Shown: piece after piece, positions 19,897 through 28,400 of the stretch
Position numbering within the stretch: the first letter of the stretch is position 1
Layout: every line of letters begins with the position of its first letter
Assembly (NCBI GenBank): GCA_964446455.1
Contig: CAYUOW010000001.1
Coordinates: 39,644 to 103,643 of the forward strand
Direction: 5' to 3'
Source: an uncultured Desulfocurvus sp.
Lineage (GTDB): Bacteria; Desulfobacterota; Desulfovibrionia; Desulfovibrionales; Desulfovibrionaceae
Length of the DNA: 64,000 nt
The notes under the pieces: generated by a model
Databases searched by the model: none
What the model was told of the DNA's origin: nothing
The model's input: the letters and a program-made list of their open reading frames with translations, nothing else
Translations under genes and position numbers: made by a program

Positions 19897-21771
19897 ATGA
19901 CGCGCCCCGCAATCACCCTGCTTCCAGAAACCCTGCGCAACCAGATCGCCGCCGGCGAAGTGGTGGAGCGCCCGTCCAGCGTGCTCAAGGAACTCGTGGA
20001 GAACAGCCTCGACGCGGGCGCAAGCCGTGTCGACGTCATCCTTGAGGGCGGCGGCGTGACGCGCCTGCTCGTGGCCGACGACGGCGACGGCATTCCGGCC
20101 GGGGAACTGGCCCTGGCCGTCACCCGCCACGCCACCAGCAAGCTCAAGACCGCGGCCGATCTTTTCGCCGTGACGAGCTTCGGCTTCCGGGGCGAGGCCC
20201 TGCCGAGCATCGCCTCGGTGTCCCACGTCACCCTTACCTCCCGCGCGCGGGAGGCCGCCGAGGCCGCCTTCATCGAGGTGGAGCACGGCACCGTGACGGC
20301 CGAAGGCCCGGCGGCGCACTCCGCGGGCACGCGGGTGGAGATGCGCAGACTCTTCGCCAGCACCCCGGCGCGGCTGAAATTCTTGCGCACCGAGGCCACC
20401 GAGGCCAAGCGCTGCCAGGAAGCCCTCATGCGCATGGCCCTGGCCCGGCCCGACGTGGCCTTTTCGCTCACAAGCGGCGGGCGCGAGATCTTCCGCCTGC
20501 CCGGCGGGCAGACCCTCGCCGCGCGTCTGGGCCAGTTCTGGCCGCCGCAGGTGCTGGAAGGCCTGGGCGAGTTCGCCCGCGAGAAGGAAGGCATGACCGC
20601 GCGCGGCCTGGCGGGACGGCCTTCCCACGCGCAGAACAAGGCCGACCGCATGCTGTTCTACGTCAACGGCCGCCCCGTGCAGGATCGCCTGCTCATGCGC
20701 GCCGCGCGCGAGGCCTACAAGGGCCGCCTGCTCTCGGGCGAGCACCCGCAGCTGCTGCTCTTCCTCGAGCTGCCCCCGGAGGAGGTGGACGTGAACGTGC
20801 ACCCCTCCAAGATGGAGGTGCGCTTCCGCGACGAGAGCGCCGTGTTCTCCCTGGTGCGCTGGGCCCTGGAGCCCGTGGCCGGGTCCGGCGGTCTGGCCGA
20901 GTCCGCCGCTTCCTACGCCGCCGCCTGTGCTGGGCGCGGGCAGGACTCCGGCGCGCCCGAGCCTTGCCGTCCGTCTGGCGGCGCCTGGGGCTCCGCCCCC
21001 CCACGGCCTTCCGCAGCCCCTTCGGGCGGGTTCGGCTGGCCAGGCGGCTCCGGAGCCTGGTCTCGGGGCGAAAAGCCCGCCCAGCTGCGCGCGTACGATG
21101 ATTTCCGCTCACCTCCGCCGGAGCGCGAGGTGCCCTTGCCCTTCACTCCGGGCGGCCCGGAACCGGCGCAGGCCGGGCCTGCGGCGCTGGCTGCGGCCGC
21201 GCCCAGGGCCCTGAGCCGCGAAGGCCTGGAATACCTGGGCCAGGTGGCGGACACATACCTCATTCTGCGCCAGGGGGGCGCGCACTCCGGGCGGCTCGTC
21301 ATCGTGGACCAGCACGCCGCGCACGAGCGGGTGATTCTGGAAGGCATGCGCCGGGCGCGCAGCGCGGGCGACACCCAGCCCCTGGCCGTGCCCCTGTCTT
21401 TGTCCCTGCACCCGGCGGAGGCCCTGCGCCTGGACGAACTGGCCGAAGGCCTGCGCGAGGTGGGCTTCGTGCTTGAGCGCGAGGGCGGCGACCTGCTGGT
21501 CAAGGGCGTGCCGCCCAGCCTGCCCGCGGGCAAGGCCGTGGAACACCTGCGCGAGATCCTGGACGAGCAGTCCGACGGGCTCACCTCCCTGTGGGCGCTT
21601 ATGTCCTGCAAGTCGGCCATCAAGGCCGGGCAGCCGCTCGCCGTGGACGAGGCCCTGGCCCTTTTGGAAGCCTGGCTGGACGCGCCGGAGCGCGAGCACT
21701 GCCCCCACGGCAGGCCCGTTGTCGTCTCCTTTGCGGAGGGCGACCTGGAACGGTTGTTCAAGCGCAAATAG
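19897..21771 (+). CDS. mutL: DNA mismatch repair protein MutL (endonuclease type)
   Basis: NQIAAGEVVERP, GFRGEAL, DVNVHP; C-terminal DQHAAHE, SCK and CPHGRP endonuclease motifs. Confidence 0.97.
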   Translation: MTRPAITLLPETLRNQIAAGEVVERPSSVLKELVENSLDAGASRVDVILEGGGVTRLLVADDGDGIPAGELALAVTRHATSKLKTAADLFAVTSFGFRGEALPSIASVSHVTLTSRAREAAEAAFIEVEHGTVTAEGPAAHSAGTRVEMRRLFASTPARLKFLRTEATEAKRCQEALMRMALARPDVAFSLTSGGREIFRLPGGQTLAARLGQFWPPQVLEGLGEFAREKEGMTARGLAGRPSHAQNKADRMLFYVNGRPVQDRLLMRAAREAYKGRLLSGEHPQLLLFLELPPEEVDVNVHPSKMEVRFRDESAVFSLVRWALEPVAGSGGLAESAASYAAACAGRGQDSGAPEPCRPSGGAWGSAPPRPSAAPSGGFGWPGGSGAWSRGEKPAQLRAYDDFRSPPPEREVPLPFTPGGPEPAQAGPAALAAAAPRALSREGLEYLGQVADTYLILRQGGAHSGRLVIVDQHAAHERVILEGMRRARSAGDTQPLAVPLSLSLHPAEALRLDELAEGLREVGFVLEREGGDLLVKGVPPSLPAGKAVEHLREILDEQSDGLTSLWALMSCKSAIKAGQPLAVDEALALLEAWLDAPEREHCPHGRPVVVSFAEGDLERLFKRK

Positions 21772-21897
21772 CGCGCCGAAGCTTTTTGTTTCCCGCACCT
21801 GGGGGGTACTTGGCATCTTGCGCCCCGGGGAAAACTCTGCCAATCTGCCCCCCGCGCCTCCCTCCATCGACATCGGCGCGCAGGAGATTTCCCCCCA

Positions 21898-23034
21898 ATG
21901 AGCATTTTGTACAACAAGTTCGAGGTCCGCGTCCGCCTTGCGGCCATCCGGGCGAACTACCGTCTCTTGTGCGGCCATGGCGGCCGCGTCATCGGGGTCA
22001 TCAAGGCCGACGCCTACGGCCATGGCCTGAATGAAGTGGCCCAGGCCCTTTCCCAGGAAGGCTGCGACACCTTCGCCATCGGCTCCGTGGAGGAGGGCGC
22101 GGCCCTGCGTCAGTATCTGCGCGGAGCGGGCATCAATGCGCGCATTCTCTCGCTTTTGGGCCCGGTTGACCCCGAGGACTATCCGCTCCTGTGGGAGCAT
22201 GAGATCATTCCCTTCGTGGGCAGCTTCCGCCAGCTGGAAACCCTGGCCGGACAGGCCGCCCGCGTGGGCAAGGCCCTGCCCGTGTCCCTCAAGTTCGACA
22301 CCGGCATGGCGCGCCTGGGCTTCACCGCCGTGGACATCCCCCGCCTGGTGGAACGCCTGCGCGAGGCCCCGCTGGTCAAGCCCGTCATGGCCAGCTCGCA
22401 CCTGGCCACGGCCGACGACCCCGAGGCCGTGAACTACGTCATGAGCCAGGCCGGGCGCTTCGAGGAAATCATTTCCACCCTGGCCCAGGCCGGATTCCCG
22501 GTGGAGGCCAACCTGGCCAACTCCGCGGGCATTTTGGCGCACCAGAAGCTGCACCACCAGAGCCAGCGCGGCGGCATCGCCCTGTATGGGGCCAATCCCT
22601 TCGCGGGCACCGCCTGGGAGCACCTGGGCAAGGGGCTCACCCCGGCCATGGAGGTGCGCACCAAGATCGTCTCCGTGCACCCGCTGAAAAAGGGCCAGTG
22701 CATCAGCTACGGCTGCACCTACACGGCCGAGCGCGACATGACCGTGGCCATCGTTGCCGCCGGCTATGCCGACGCCTACAGCCGGGGCCTCACCGGCAAG
22801 GGCGCGCAGATGCTCGTCGCGGGCCGCCGCGTGCCGCAGATAGGCCGCGTGTGCATGCAGCTGTGCGCCTGCGACGTGAGCGACGTGCCCGACGTGCGCC
22901 CGGGCGACTGGGCCGTGCTTTTGGGCGGCACCGGCCCCCTGGCCATCTCGGCCGAGGAGCTGGCCTCCTGGTGGGGCACCATCAGCTACGAAGTTTTCTG
23001 CCTGCTGGGAATGAACCGGCGGGTCTACGTCTAG
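21898..23034 (+). CDS. alr: Alanine racemase
   Basis: VIKADAYGHG PLP-lysine motif, DTGMARLG, ISYG, GYAD, GRVCM, TISYE. Confidence 0.96.
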   Translation: MSILYNKFEVRVRLAAIRANYRLLCGHGGRVIGVIKADAYGHGLNEVAQALSQEGCDTFAIGSVEEGAALRQYLRGAGINARILSLLGPVDPEDYPLLWEHEIIPFVGSFRQLETLAGQAARVGKALPVSLKFDTGMARLGFTAVDIPRLVERLREAPLVKPVMASSHLATADDPEAVNYVMSQAGRFEEIISTLAQAGFPVEANLANSAGILAHQKLHHQSQRGGIALYGANPFAGTAWEHLGKGLTPAMEVRTKIVSVHPLKKGQCISYGCTYTAERDMTVAIVAAGYADAYSRGLTGKGAQMLVAGRRVPQIGRVCMQLCACDVSDVPDVRPGDWAVLLGGTGPLAISAEELASWWGTISYEVFCLLGMNRRVYV

Positions 23035-23051
23035 GGTTCAAGGAGCACATC

Positions 23052-23246
23052 ATGGAAGAGGAATGGATTCTCGCCGAAAAGCTGCCTATTGACGACTGCG
23101 ACCCCAAGGCCCTGCTGGGCAAATGGGCCAACGTGGCCGAGGACATGGCCCTGGTGCCGGAACTCAACGTGCGCATGCGCGTGGAAGCCGGCCACTTCGT
23201 GGTCGAGGTGAGCCCCGAGCTGTTCGAGGTGTTTCGCAACGCCTAA
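23052..23246 (+). CDS. Small hypothetical protein (64 aa)
   Basis: RBS AAGGAG before ATG 23052; MEEEWILAEKLP...; host-like codons. Confidence 0.7.
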   Translation: MEEEWILAEKLPIDDCDPKALLGKWANVAEDMALVPELNVRMRVEAGHFVVEVSPELFEVFRNA

Positions 23247-23373
23247 GCCTCCCCCTTCGCTTTGTTGTTTTCACCTTCCGGGACGCGGGCTGTAACCGGC
23301 CAGCGTCCCGGAATTTGACAAGCCCCTCGCGCGCCACGTATCCTTCCGCCATCCTGAATATCTGGGGGGCGAG

Positions 23374-24297
23374 ATGGGCGACTGGTCCTGGTGGGCAGTG
23401 CTTGCGCTGGCCGTGGCATCCGCCGCCGCCGGTTTCGGCCTGGGCCGCCTGACCCGGCGCAGCGTGCGTCCGGTCCCGGGGGCTTGGCCGGGCGGTTCAG
23501 CCGGCGCCTCGGGCGATGTGGCCCCGGCGCTGCGCTCCCTGGCCGCAGGCGGCGTGGCGCTCGACATCATGCCCCGCGCATGGGTGGACGCCGGCGACGG
23601 CGCACCCTACGAGCCCCTGGCCCGCTGCGTGGCCCGCCAAGCAGGACCAGACGGCCTCATCTGCGAAATCTTCGCTTCCTCCCCTGCGCTCGAATCCTCC
23701 GTGGCCGTGCCGGTCACCTGCTTCTTTGCCCCGCAGCGCCAGAACGGCCGCCAAATCAATGCCTTCGAGACGGTCATCGCCAGCGTGGAGGCCGCGCTCG
23801 AGCCCCCGCGCCTGACCCTTGGCCCGCCCACGGAGCTTCTGTCCGTGGCGCGCAGGCGCAACCCCAGGAAGCGCGTCAGCGACCAGCGTTTCGTGCGCGT
23901 GCGCCTGTGGGCTGCGGAACAAGGCAAAACCGCGCTGTACTTCCCCGACGCCCAGCCCGACATCTGGATCAACGCCTACGAGGGCGGCCGCGAGGGCGAG
24001 AACACCGTCACGGACATCTCCGCCGGGGGCCTGGCGCTTGAGGTGCGCGCCGCACAGGTTCCGCCGGGGCTTGCCATCGGGGCCCCTGTGGTGCTCAAAT
24101 GCTCCCTGTTCCTGTTCAAGGAGAAGCAGTTCAAGCCCTACTGGTACGCGGGCGCGGTGCGCGCCCTGAGCGAGGCCCAGGAAGGGGCCACCCGGCGCAT
24201 CGCCATCGGCTTCACCCACGTGGGCGCGGTGGACCCCGGAAGCCCCCAGGGCGTGGCCTGGACCGAGCGGACCCCCAACGACAAAGGAGACGGCTGA
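23374..24297 (+). CDS. Membrane-anchored PilZ-like (c-di-GMP receptor) protein
   Basis: N-terminal TM; RRRNPRKR (RxxxR) and DISAGG PilZ motifs. Confidence 0.75.
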   Translation: MGDWSWWAVLALAVASAAAGFGLGRLTRRSVRPVPGAWPGGSAGASGDVAPALRSLAAGGVALDIMPRAWVDAGDGAPYEPLARCVARQAGPDGLICEIFASSPALESSVAVPVTCFFAPQRQNGRQINAFETVIASVEAALEPPRLTLGPPTELLSVARRRNPRKRVSDQRFVRVRLWAAEQGKTALYFPDAQPDIWINAYEGGREGENTVTDISAGGLALEVRAAQVPPGLAIGAPVVLKCSLFLFKEKQFKPYWYAGAVRALSEAQEGATRRIAIGFTHVGAVDPGSPQGVAWTERTPNDKGDG

Positions 24298-24869
24298 TGA
24301 AAGTGCTTGGCATCAACGGCAGCGCGCGGCTGAACGGCAACACGGCCATCATGCTGAACACCGCCCTTGAGGAACTGGCGGCGGAAGGCTTCGAGACCGA
24401 GCTCGTGCAGCTTGGCCCCAAGGCGCTCCAGGGCTGCATCGCCTGCTACAAGTGCTTCGAGAACAAGGACAAGCGCTGCGCCGTGGAAGACCTCATGAAC
24501 GGGTACATCGAGAAGATGCTCGAGGCCGACGGCATCCTGCTGGGCTCGCCCACCTATTTTGCGGACGTGACCACCAACATGAAGGCCCTCATGGACCGCT
24601 CGGGCATGGTGGCCCGCGCCAACGACGACATGTTCCGCCGCAAGGCCGGGGCGGCCGTGGTCACCGCGCGCCGGGGCGGGGCCATCCACACCTTCGACAC
24701 CCTGAACCACTTCTTCTTCATCGGCCAGATGGTAGTGCCCGGCTCCAGCTACTGGAACATGGGCTACGGGCGCGAACCCGGCCAGGTGAAGGGCGATGAC
24801 GAGGGCCTGGGCACCATGCGCGTGCTGGGCCGGAACATGGCCTGGCTGCTCAAGAAGCTGGCGGACTAG
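24297..24869 (+). CDS. Iron-sulfur flavoprotein (Isf-like, flavodoxin family)
   Basis: INGSAR.NGNT, CIACYKC-x7-C cluster motif, GSPTYF. TGATG overlap with the upstream gene. Confidence 0.88.
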   Translation: MKVLGINGSARLNGNTAIMLNTALEELAAEGFETELVQLGPKALQGCIACYKCFENKDKRCAVEDLMNGYIEKMLEADGILLGSPTYFADVTTNMKALMDRSGMVARANDDMFRRKAGAAVVTARRGGAIHTFDTLNHFFFIGQMVVPGSSYWNMGYGREPGQVKGDDEGLGTMRVLGRNMAWLLKKLAD

Positions 24870-24875
24870 CCTCAT

Positions 24876-26342
24876 ATGGACATGCTTTCCGGGGGCCTGG
24901 CCCTTGCGCTGGCCCTGGCCGTGGGCTTGGCGTTGGGCGCGGCCCTGGCCGCGCTGCTGCTCAAGTCCCGCTCCGCCGGGGTGGACGAGCGCCTGCGCGG
25001 GGCGGAAGCCCAGGCCATGCAGCTGCGCGCCGATCTGGACGCCGCCCGCGCCGCGGGCCTCAAGGCCGTGGAGGCCCTGCGGGCCGAGACCGCGCGCCGC
25101 GCCGGGGCCGAGGAAACCGCCGCCCGCGTGCCCGGCCTGGAGGACCGCCTGAACCAGCTGGCCGCCGAGGTCTCCGCCTTGCGCGTGCGCGAGGGCGACC
25201 TCTCCGCGCGCATGGAGGCCGAGCGCAAGGCCGCCAGTGAGCGCCAGGCCCTGCTGGAAGACCTGCAGGCCAAGTTGCAGGACACCTTCAAGGCCCTCTC
25301 GGCCGACGCCCTCAAACACAACAATCAGAACTTCGTGGAACTTGCCAAGGCCCATCTGTCCACCTTCCAGGAGGCCGCCAAGGGCGACCTGGAGCTGCGC
25401 CAGAAGAGCATCGAGGGCCTGGTGAAGCCCATCCGCGAGTCCCTTTCCCAGGTGGACGCGCGCATCCAGGACATGGAGAAATCGCGCCAGAACGCCTACG
25501 TGGAACTCTGCCAGCAGGTGAAGTTCCTGGCCTCCGACCAGGTGGACCTGAAAAAGGAGACGCGCAAGCTGGTGGAGGCCCTGCGCCGGCCCACCGTGCG
25601 CGGTCGCTGGGGCGAGATGCAGCTCCGGCGCGTGGTCGAGCTGGCGGGCATGGTGGGGTATTGCGATTTCACCGAGCAGGCCAGCGTGACCACGGCGGAC
25701 GGGCGCCTGCGGCCGGACATGGTGGTGCGCCTGCCCGGCGGCAAGAACGTGGTGGTGGACGCCAAGGCCCCGCTGGAAGCCTACCTGAACGCCTACGAGG
25801 CCCCGGACGACGAGGCGCGCCGCAACAACATGCAGAGCCACGCCCGGCAGATACGCGAGCACCTGGCCAAGCTGGGCCAGAAAAGCTACTGGGAGCACCT
25901 TTCGCCCACGCCGGAGTTCGTGGTCATGTTCCTGCCAGGCGAAATCTTCTTCAGCTCCGCGCTCGAGCACGATCCCTCGCTCATCGAGGAAGGCGTCGAG
26001 AAAGGCGTCATAGTGGCCTCGCCCACCACGCTCATCGCGCTCTTGCGCGCCGTGGCCTACGGCTGGCGGCAGGAGAAGGTGGCCGAGAGCGCCCAGCAGG
26101 TGAGCGAACTGGGCCGCGAGCTGTACAAGCGCATCGTGACCCTCTCCGAGCACTTCTCCCGCGTGGGCAAGGGGCTCTCCGGCGCGGTGGAGGCCTACAA
26201 CAAGACCGTGAGCTCGCTCGAATCGCGCGTGCTGGTGCAGGCCCGGCGCTTCAAGGAGCTGGCCGCCGCGCCGGAAAAGGAACTGCCAGAGCTGGAGCAG
26301 CTGGAGATCGCCCCGCGCCAGGTGCAGAAGGGCGAGGAATAG
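24876..26342 (+). CDS. rmuC: DNA recombination protein RmuC
   Basis: TM plus coiled coil; RGRWGEMQL, RPDMVV.LP, VVDAKAP, FVVMFLPGE, ASPTTL. Confidence 0.95.
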   Translation: MDMLSGGLALALALAVGLALGAALAALLLKSRSAGVDERLRGAEAQAMQLRADLDAARAAGLKAVEALRAETARRAGAEETAARVPGLEDRLNQLAAEVSALRVREGDLSARMEAERKAASERQALLEDLQAKLQDTFKALSADALKHNNQNFVELAKAHLSTFQEAAKGDLELRQKSIEGLVKPIRESLSQVDARIQDMEKSRQNAYVELCQQVKFLASDQVDLKKETRKLVEALRRPTVRGRWGEMQLRRVVELAGMVGYCDFTEQASVTTADGRLRPDMVVRLPGGKNVVVDAKAPLEAYLNAYEAPDDEARRNNMQSHARQIREHLAKLGQKSYWEHLSPTPEFVVMFLPGEIFFSSALEHDPSLIEEGVEKGVIVASPTTLIALLRAVAYGWRQEKVAESAQQVSELGRELYKRIVTLSEHFSRVGKGLSGAVEAYNKTVSSLESRVLVQARRFKELAAAPEKELPELEQLEIAPRQVQKGEE

Positions 26343-26509
26343 GGGGGAGGGGACGCTTGTCCGCCTGAAACCCGCACCCCCAAAGCCGTGACGCTGCCGC
26401 GCGGCAAGGGCGAGTGTGCGCCGCTGACGGGCAGCACTTGATCTATCCTGTCAACAGGGAATTTTCGTCCTTTTGGCAGCCCGAATGTGGAGAATTTTGT
26501 CCGGCGCAT

Positions 26510-26526
26510 AAAGCCCGTGCTATATT
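26510..26526 (+). promoter_or_regulatory. Extended -10 promoter of the Tlde1-like cassette
   Basis: AAAGCCCGTGCTATATT (TG-n-TATATT), about 28 bp before the ATG; shared with 40037-40053 (-). Confidence 0.55.
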
Positions 26527-26553
26527 CCATTGAAAGACCAAAGGAGGTCGGAT

Positions 26554-27258
26554 ATGGAATCGACACGCACGGATAAGCGCATCTGGACCAGGGTGAGCGA
26601 GGACGGCAAATCCGCCGCTGCCGCCATGGGCCTGGGGCCTGCCTTGGGCACGAAGCCCGGCGGCGGCGGCGAGGAACAGCCGTACGACGACCACGGGCGC
26701 TACCTGGGCACGCTGTACGCGGCCAACACCCGCGCCAAGACGGCCACGGACGCTGGCGGCGGCCACCGCAGGAGCCCGCTGGGCAAGGTTGAACGTGGAC
26801 AGAAGGTTGGCAAGCGGTACGTGTTGCCTCCGAACGTGATGGAGGAGAACAAGCACATTGCGCTGGTGTACAGCCAGTCAAGCGGCGAGCTCACGGACAT
26901 GGAGGACAGGCGCGTGGGCAAGGGCTACTCCGGCGCGCCGGGAAACGTGAACGTCCCCGCCAGCCAGGGCAAGAAGGATCTCGGCGTCATTCCCGAAGGC
27001 ACCTGGACCATTGGCGAGGTCATATGGGACAAGGATTACACCCGCGGCAAGGGCGAGAACCTCATCCATCTCGTGCCGGACGCGGCCACGGCCGAGCGCG
27101 TGCGGGCCATGGGCCGCGATCCGAATACGTTTTACATCCATGCGGGAAAGAAAGACCCCACTGACCTGAGCGCCTCCCAGGGGTGTGTCATCATGGAGAA
27201 AAAAGTGAGAGAGGCCATCATTGAACTGCAAGGAGCGAAAATCCGTGTGGTGCCCTAG
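26554..27258 (+). CDS. Tlde1/DUF2778-like L,D-transpeptidase-fold protein, putative peptidoglycan-targeting toxin
   Basis: GYSG...G.IPEGTWTI...L.P...FYIH-x14-C (HAGKKDPTDLSASQGC). No signal peptide. RBS AAGGAGG. Confidence 0.78.
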   Translation: MESTRTDKRIWTRVSEDGKSAAAAMGLGPALGTKPGGGGEEQPYDDHGRYLGTLYAANTRAKTATDAGGGHRRSPLGKVERGQKVGKRYVLPPNVMEENKHIALVYSQSSGELTDMEDRRVGKGYSGAPGNVNVPASQGKKDLGVIPEGTWTIGEVIWDKDYTRGKGENLIHLVPDAATAERVRAMGRDPNTFYIHAGKKDPTDLSASQGCVIMEKKVREAIIELQGAKIRVVP

Positions 27259-28060
27259 GCGGATTCTGTTATTGGCCTGCGCGGTGTTTGGCTTTTCCAC
27301 TTCAGCTATGGCTGGTTTCTTGGCGCACGGCTCCGAAATCGACGAGAGCGACGAACACAGATACTTCATCTTTACCACCGACCATGCTTTGATTGGGGGA
27401 AAGAGGGTATATGATTACAAGACCTCCATCCCAGACGAGGTCTTCGACCGCATCTACGATGAGGCACACGACCGCTTCGTGGGCTTCGGGTCAGAGGGCA
27501 ACGCCACGCTCACCGTGGACGAGAGCCTGCGCGCCGACGTGGAGCGCACCCTCGGCACAACCACGCGCCTGAACGTGGGCGGCTACGAGGAGCGCGTGCT
27601 CTGCTACGCCTCCAGCCGCCCCGGCGACGACACGGTGGCGCTGTTCACGCTTTCCAAGTGCCCGGAGAACTGCCAGCGCGTGAGCGAGATCCAGGTGCGG
27701 GCGCGCAAGCGCGAGGTGCGCGTGCTGGACAAGTGCGCAAAGGTTCCGGGCGTGCACGCGGGCCTCGCCACCGAGTCCGGCCTGCATCTCGGCATGACGA
27801 TTGCTGAGGCGGAGGCGGTGCTGGGCAAGCCGCAACACGTCCAGAAAGGATTACAGGGCACCATGTGGTTCTACGCCGCCAGCGTGAGCGTGGCCATGAG
27901 CCGCGAAGAGGCCACGCGCCGGGGCTTTCCCGGCGTGGAGCACGTGCCCGTGCCCGGCTCCAGCTATTCGCCCACGCCCGGCTTCGACAAGTACATCGTG
28001 CTGTGGCTGCGCGAGGGCCGCGTGAGCGCCTGGCGCGTGTGGCTGGACTGGGGCCTGTAG
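27245..28060 (+). CDS. Secreted protein, putative immunity partner
   Basis: GTG 27245 follows AAGGAG and overlaps the toxin 3' end. Signal peptide RRILLLACAVFGFSTSAMA; ESGLHLGMTIAEAEAVLGKP resembles the SmpA/BamE-like motif. Confidence 0.65.
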   Translation: MWCPRRILLLACAVFGFSTSAMAGFLAHGSEIDESDEHRYFIFTTDHALIGGKRVYDYKTSIPDEVFDRIYDEAHDRFVGFGSEGNATLTVDESLRADVERTLGTTTRLNVGGYEERVLCYASSRPGDDTVALFTLSKCPENCQRVSEIQVRARKREVRVLDKCAKVPGVHAGLATESGLHLGMTIAEAEAVLGKPQHVQKGLQGTMWFYAASVSVAMSREEATRRGFPGVEHVPVPGSSYSPTPGFDKYIVLWLREGRVSAWRVWLDWGL

Positions 28061-28149
28061 CCGTCCTGGCGCATTTGCGAGGTCCTGCAATACTGCTTAC
28101 AGCCCGCTGCGAAGGACTCGTCGACACGCCCGCAGTATCCTTTCCCCCC

Positions 28150-28197
28150 ACGCCGAAAGGGCCGGACAGACTATAGTCTGTCCGGCCCTTTCGGCGT
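28150..28197. repeat. Perfect 48-bp palindrome without spacer
   Basis: ACGCCGAAAGGGCCGGACAGACTA|TAGTCTGTCCGGCCCTTTCGGCGT. Confidence 0.95.
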
Positions 28198-28202
28198 CAT
28201 GC

Positions 28203-28310
28203 GGGTCCAGGGGGCGCATGCCCTCTGGGCCGGCCAGTATTTTGTCCGGCCCTCCCCTTGGGGCGCCTGGGGGGCCGGGGGGGCCCCGCCCCCCGGCCCG
28301 CCGGAGGCAT
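28203..28310. repeat. GC-rich REP/MITE-like element with several hairpins, ending CCCGCCGGAGGCAT
   Basis: CCAGGGGGC-GCAT-GCCCTCTGG and GGGCCGGGGGG-GCCCCG-CCCCCCGGCCC stems; it re-uses TGTCCGGCCCT from the palindrome. Confidence 0.5.
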
Positions 28311-28400
28311 ATTCTCTTGGTCTCACCTGCGCTTGGGCCCCCGGAGCCGATCTCCGGGAGCCCGCGCGCATAGGCGAGGGGAGGCTGTTTCTCCGGCAGT

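Noticed and set aside
16204-20802. 1532-aa minus-strand ORF, and similar long ORFs at 5330-8284, 40129-43830, 49389-52328 and 58402-61737
   Set aside because: Antisense shadows of real high-GC genes: no motifs, and they span several unrelated genes.
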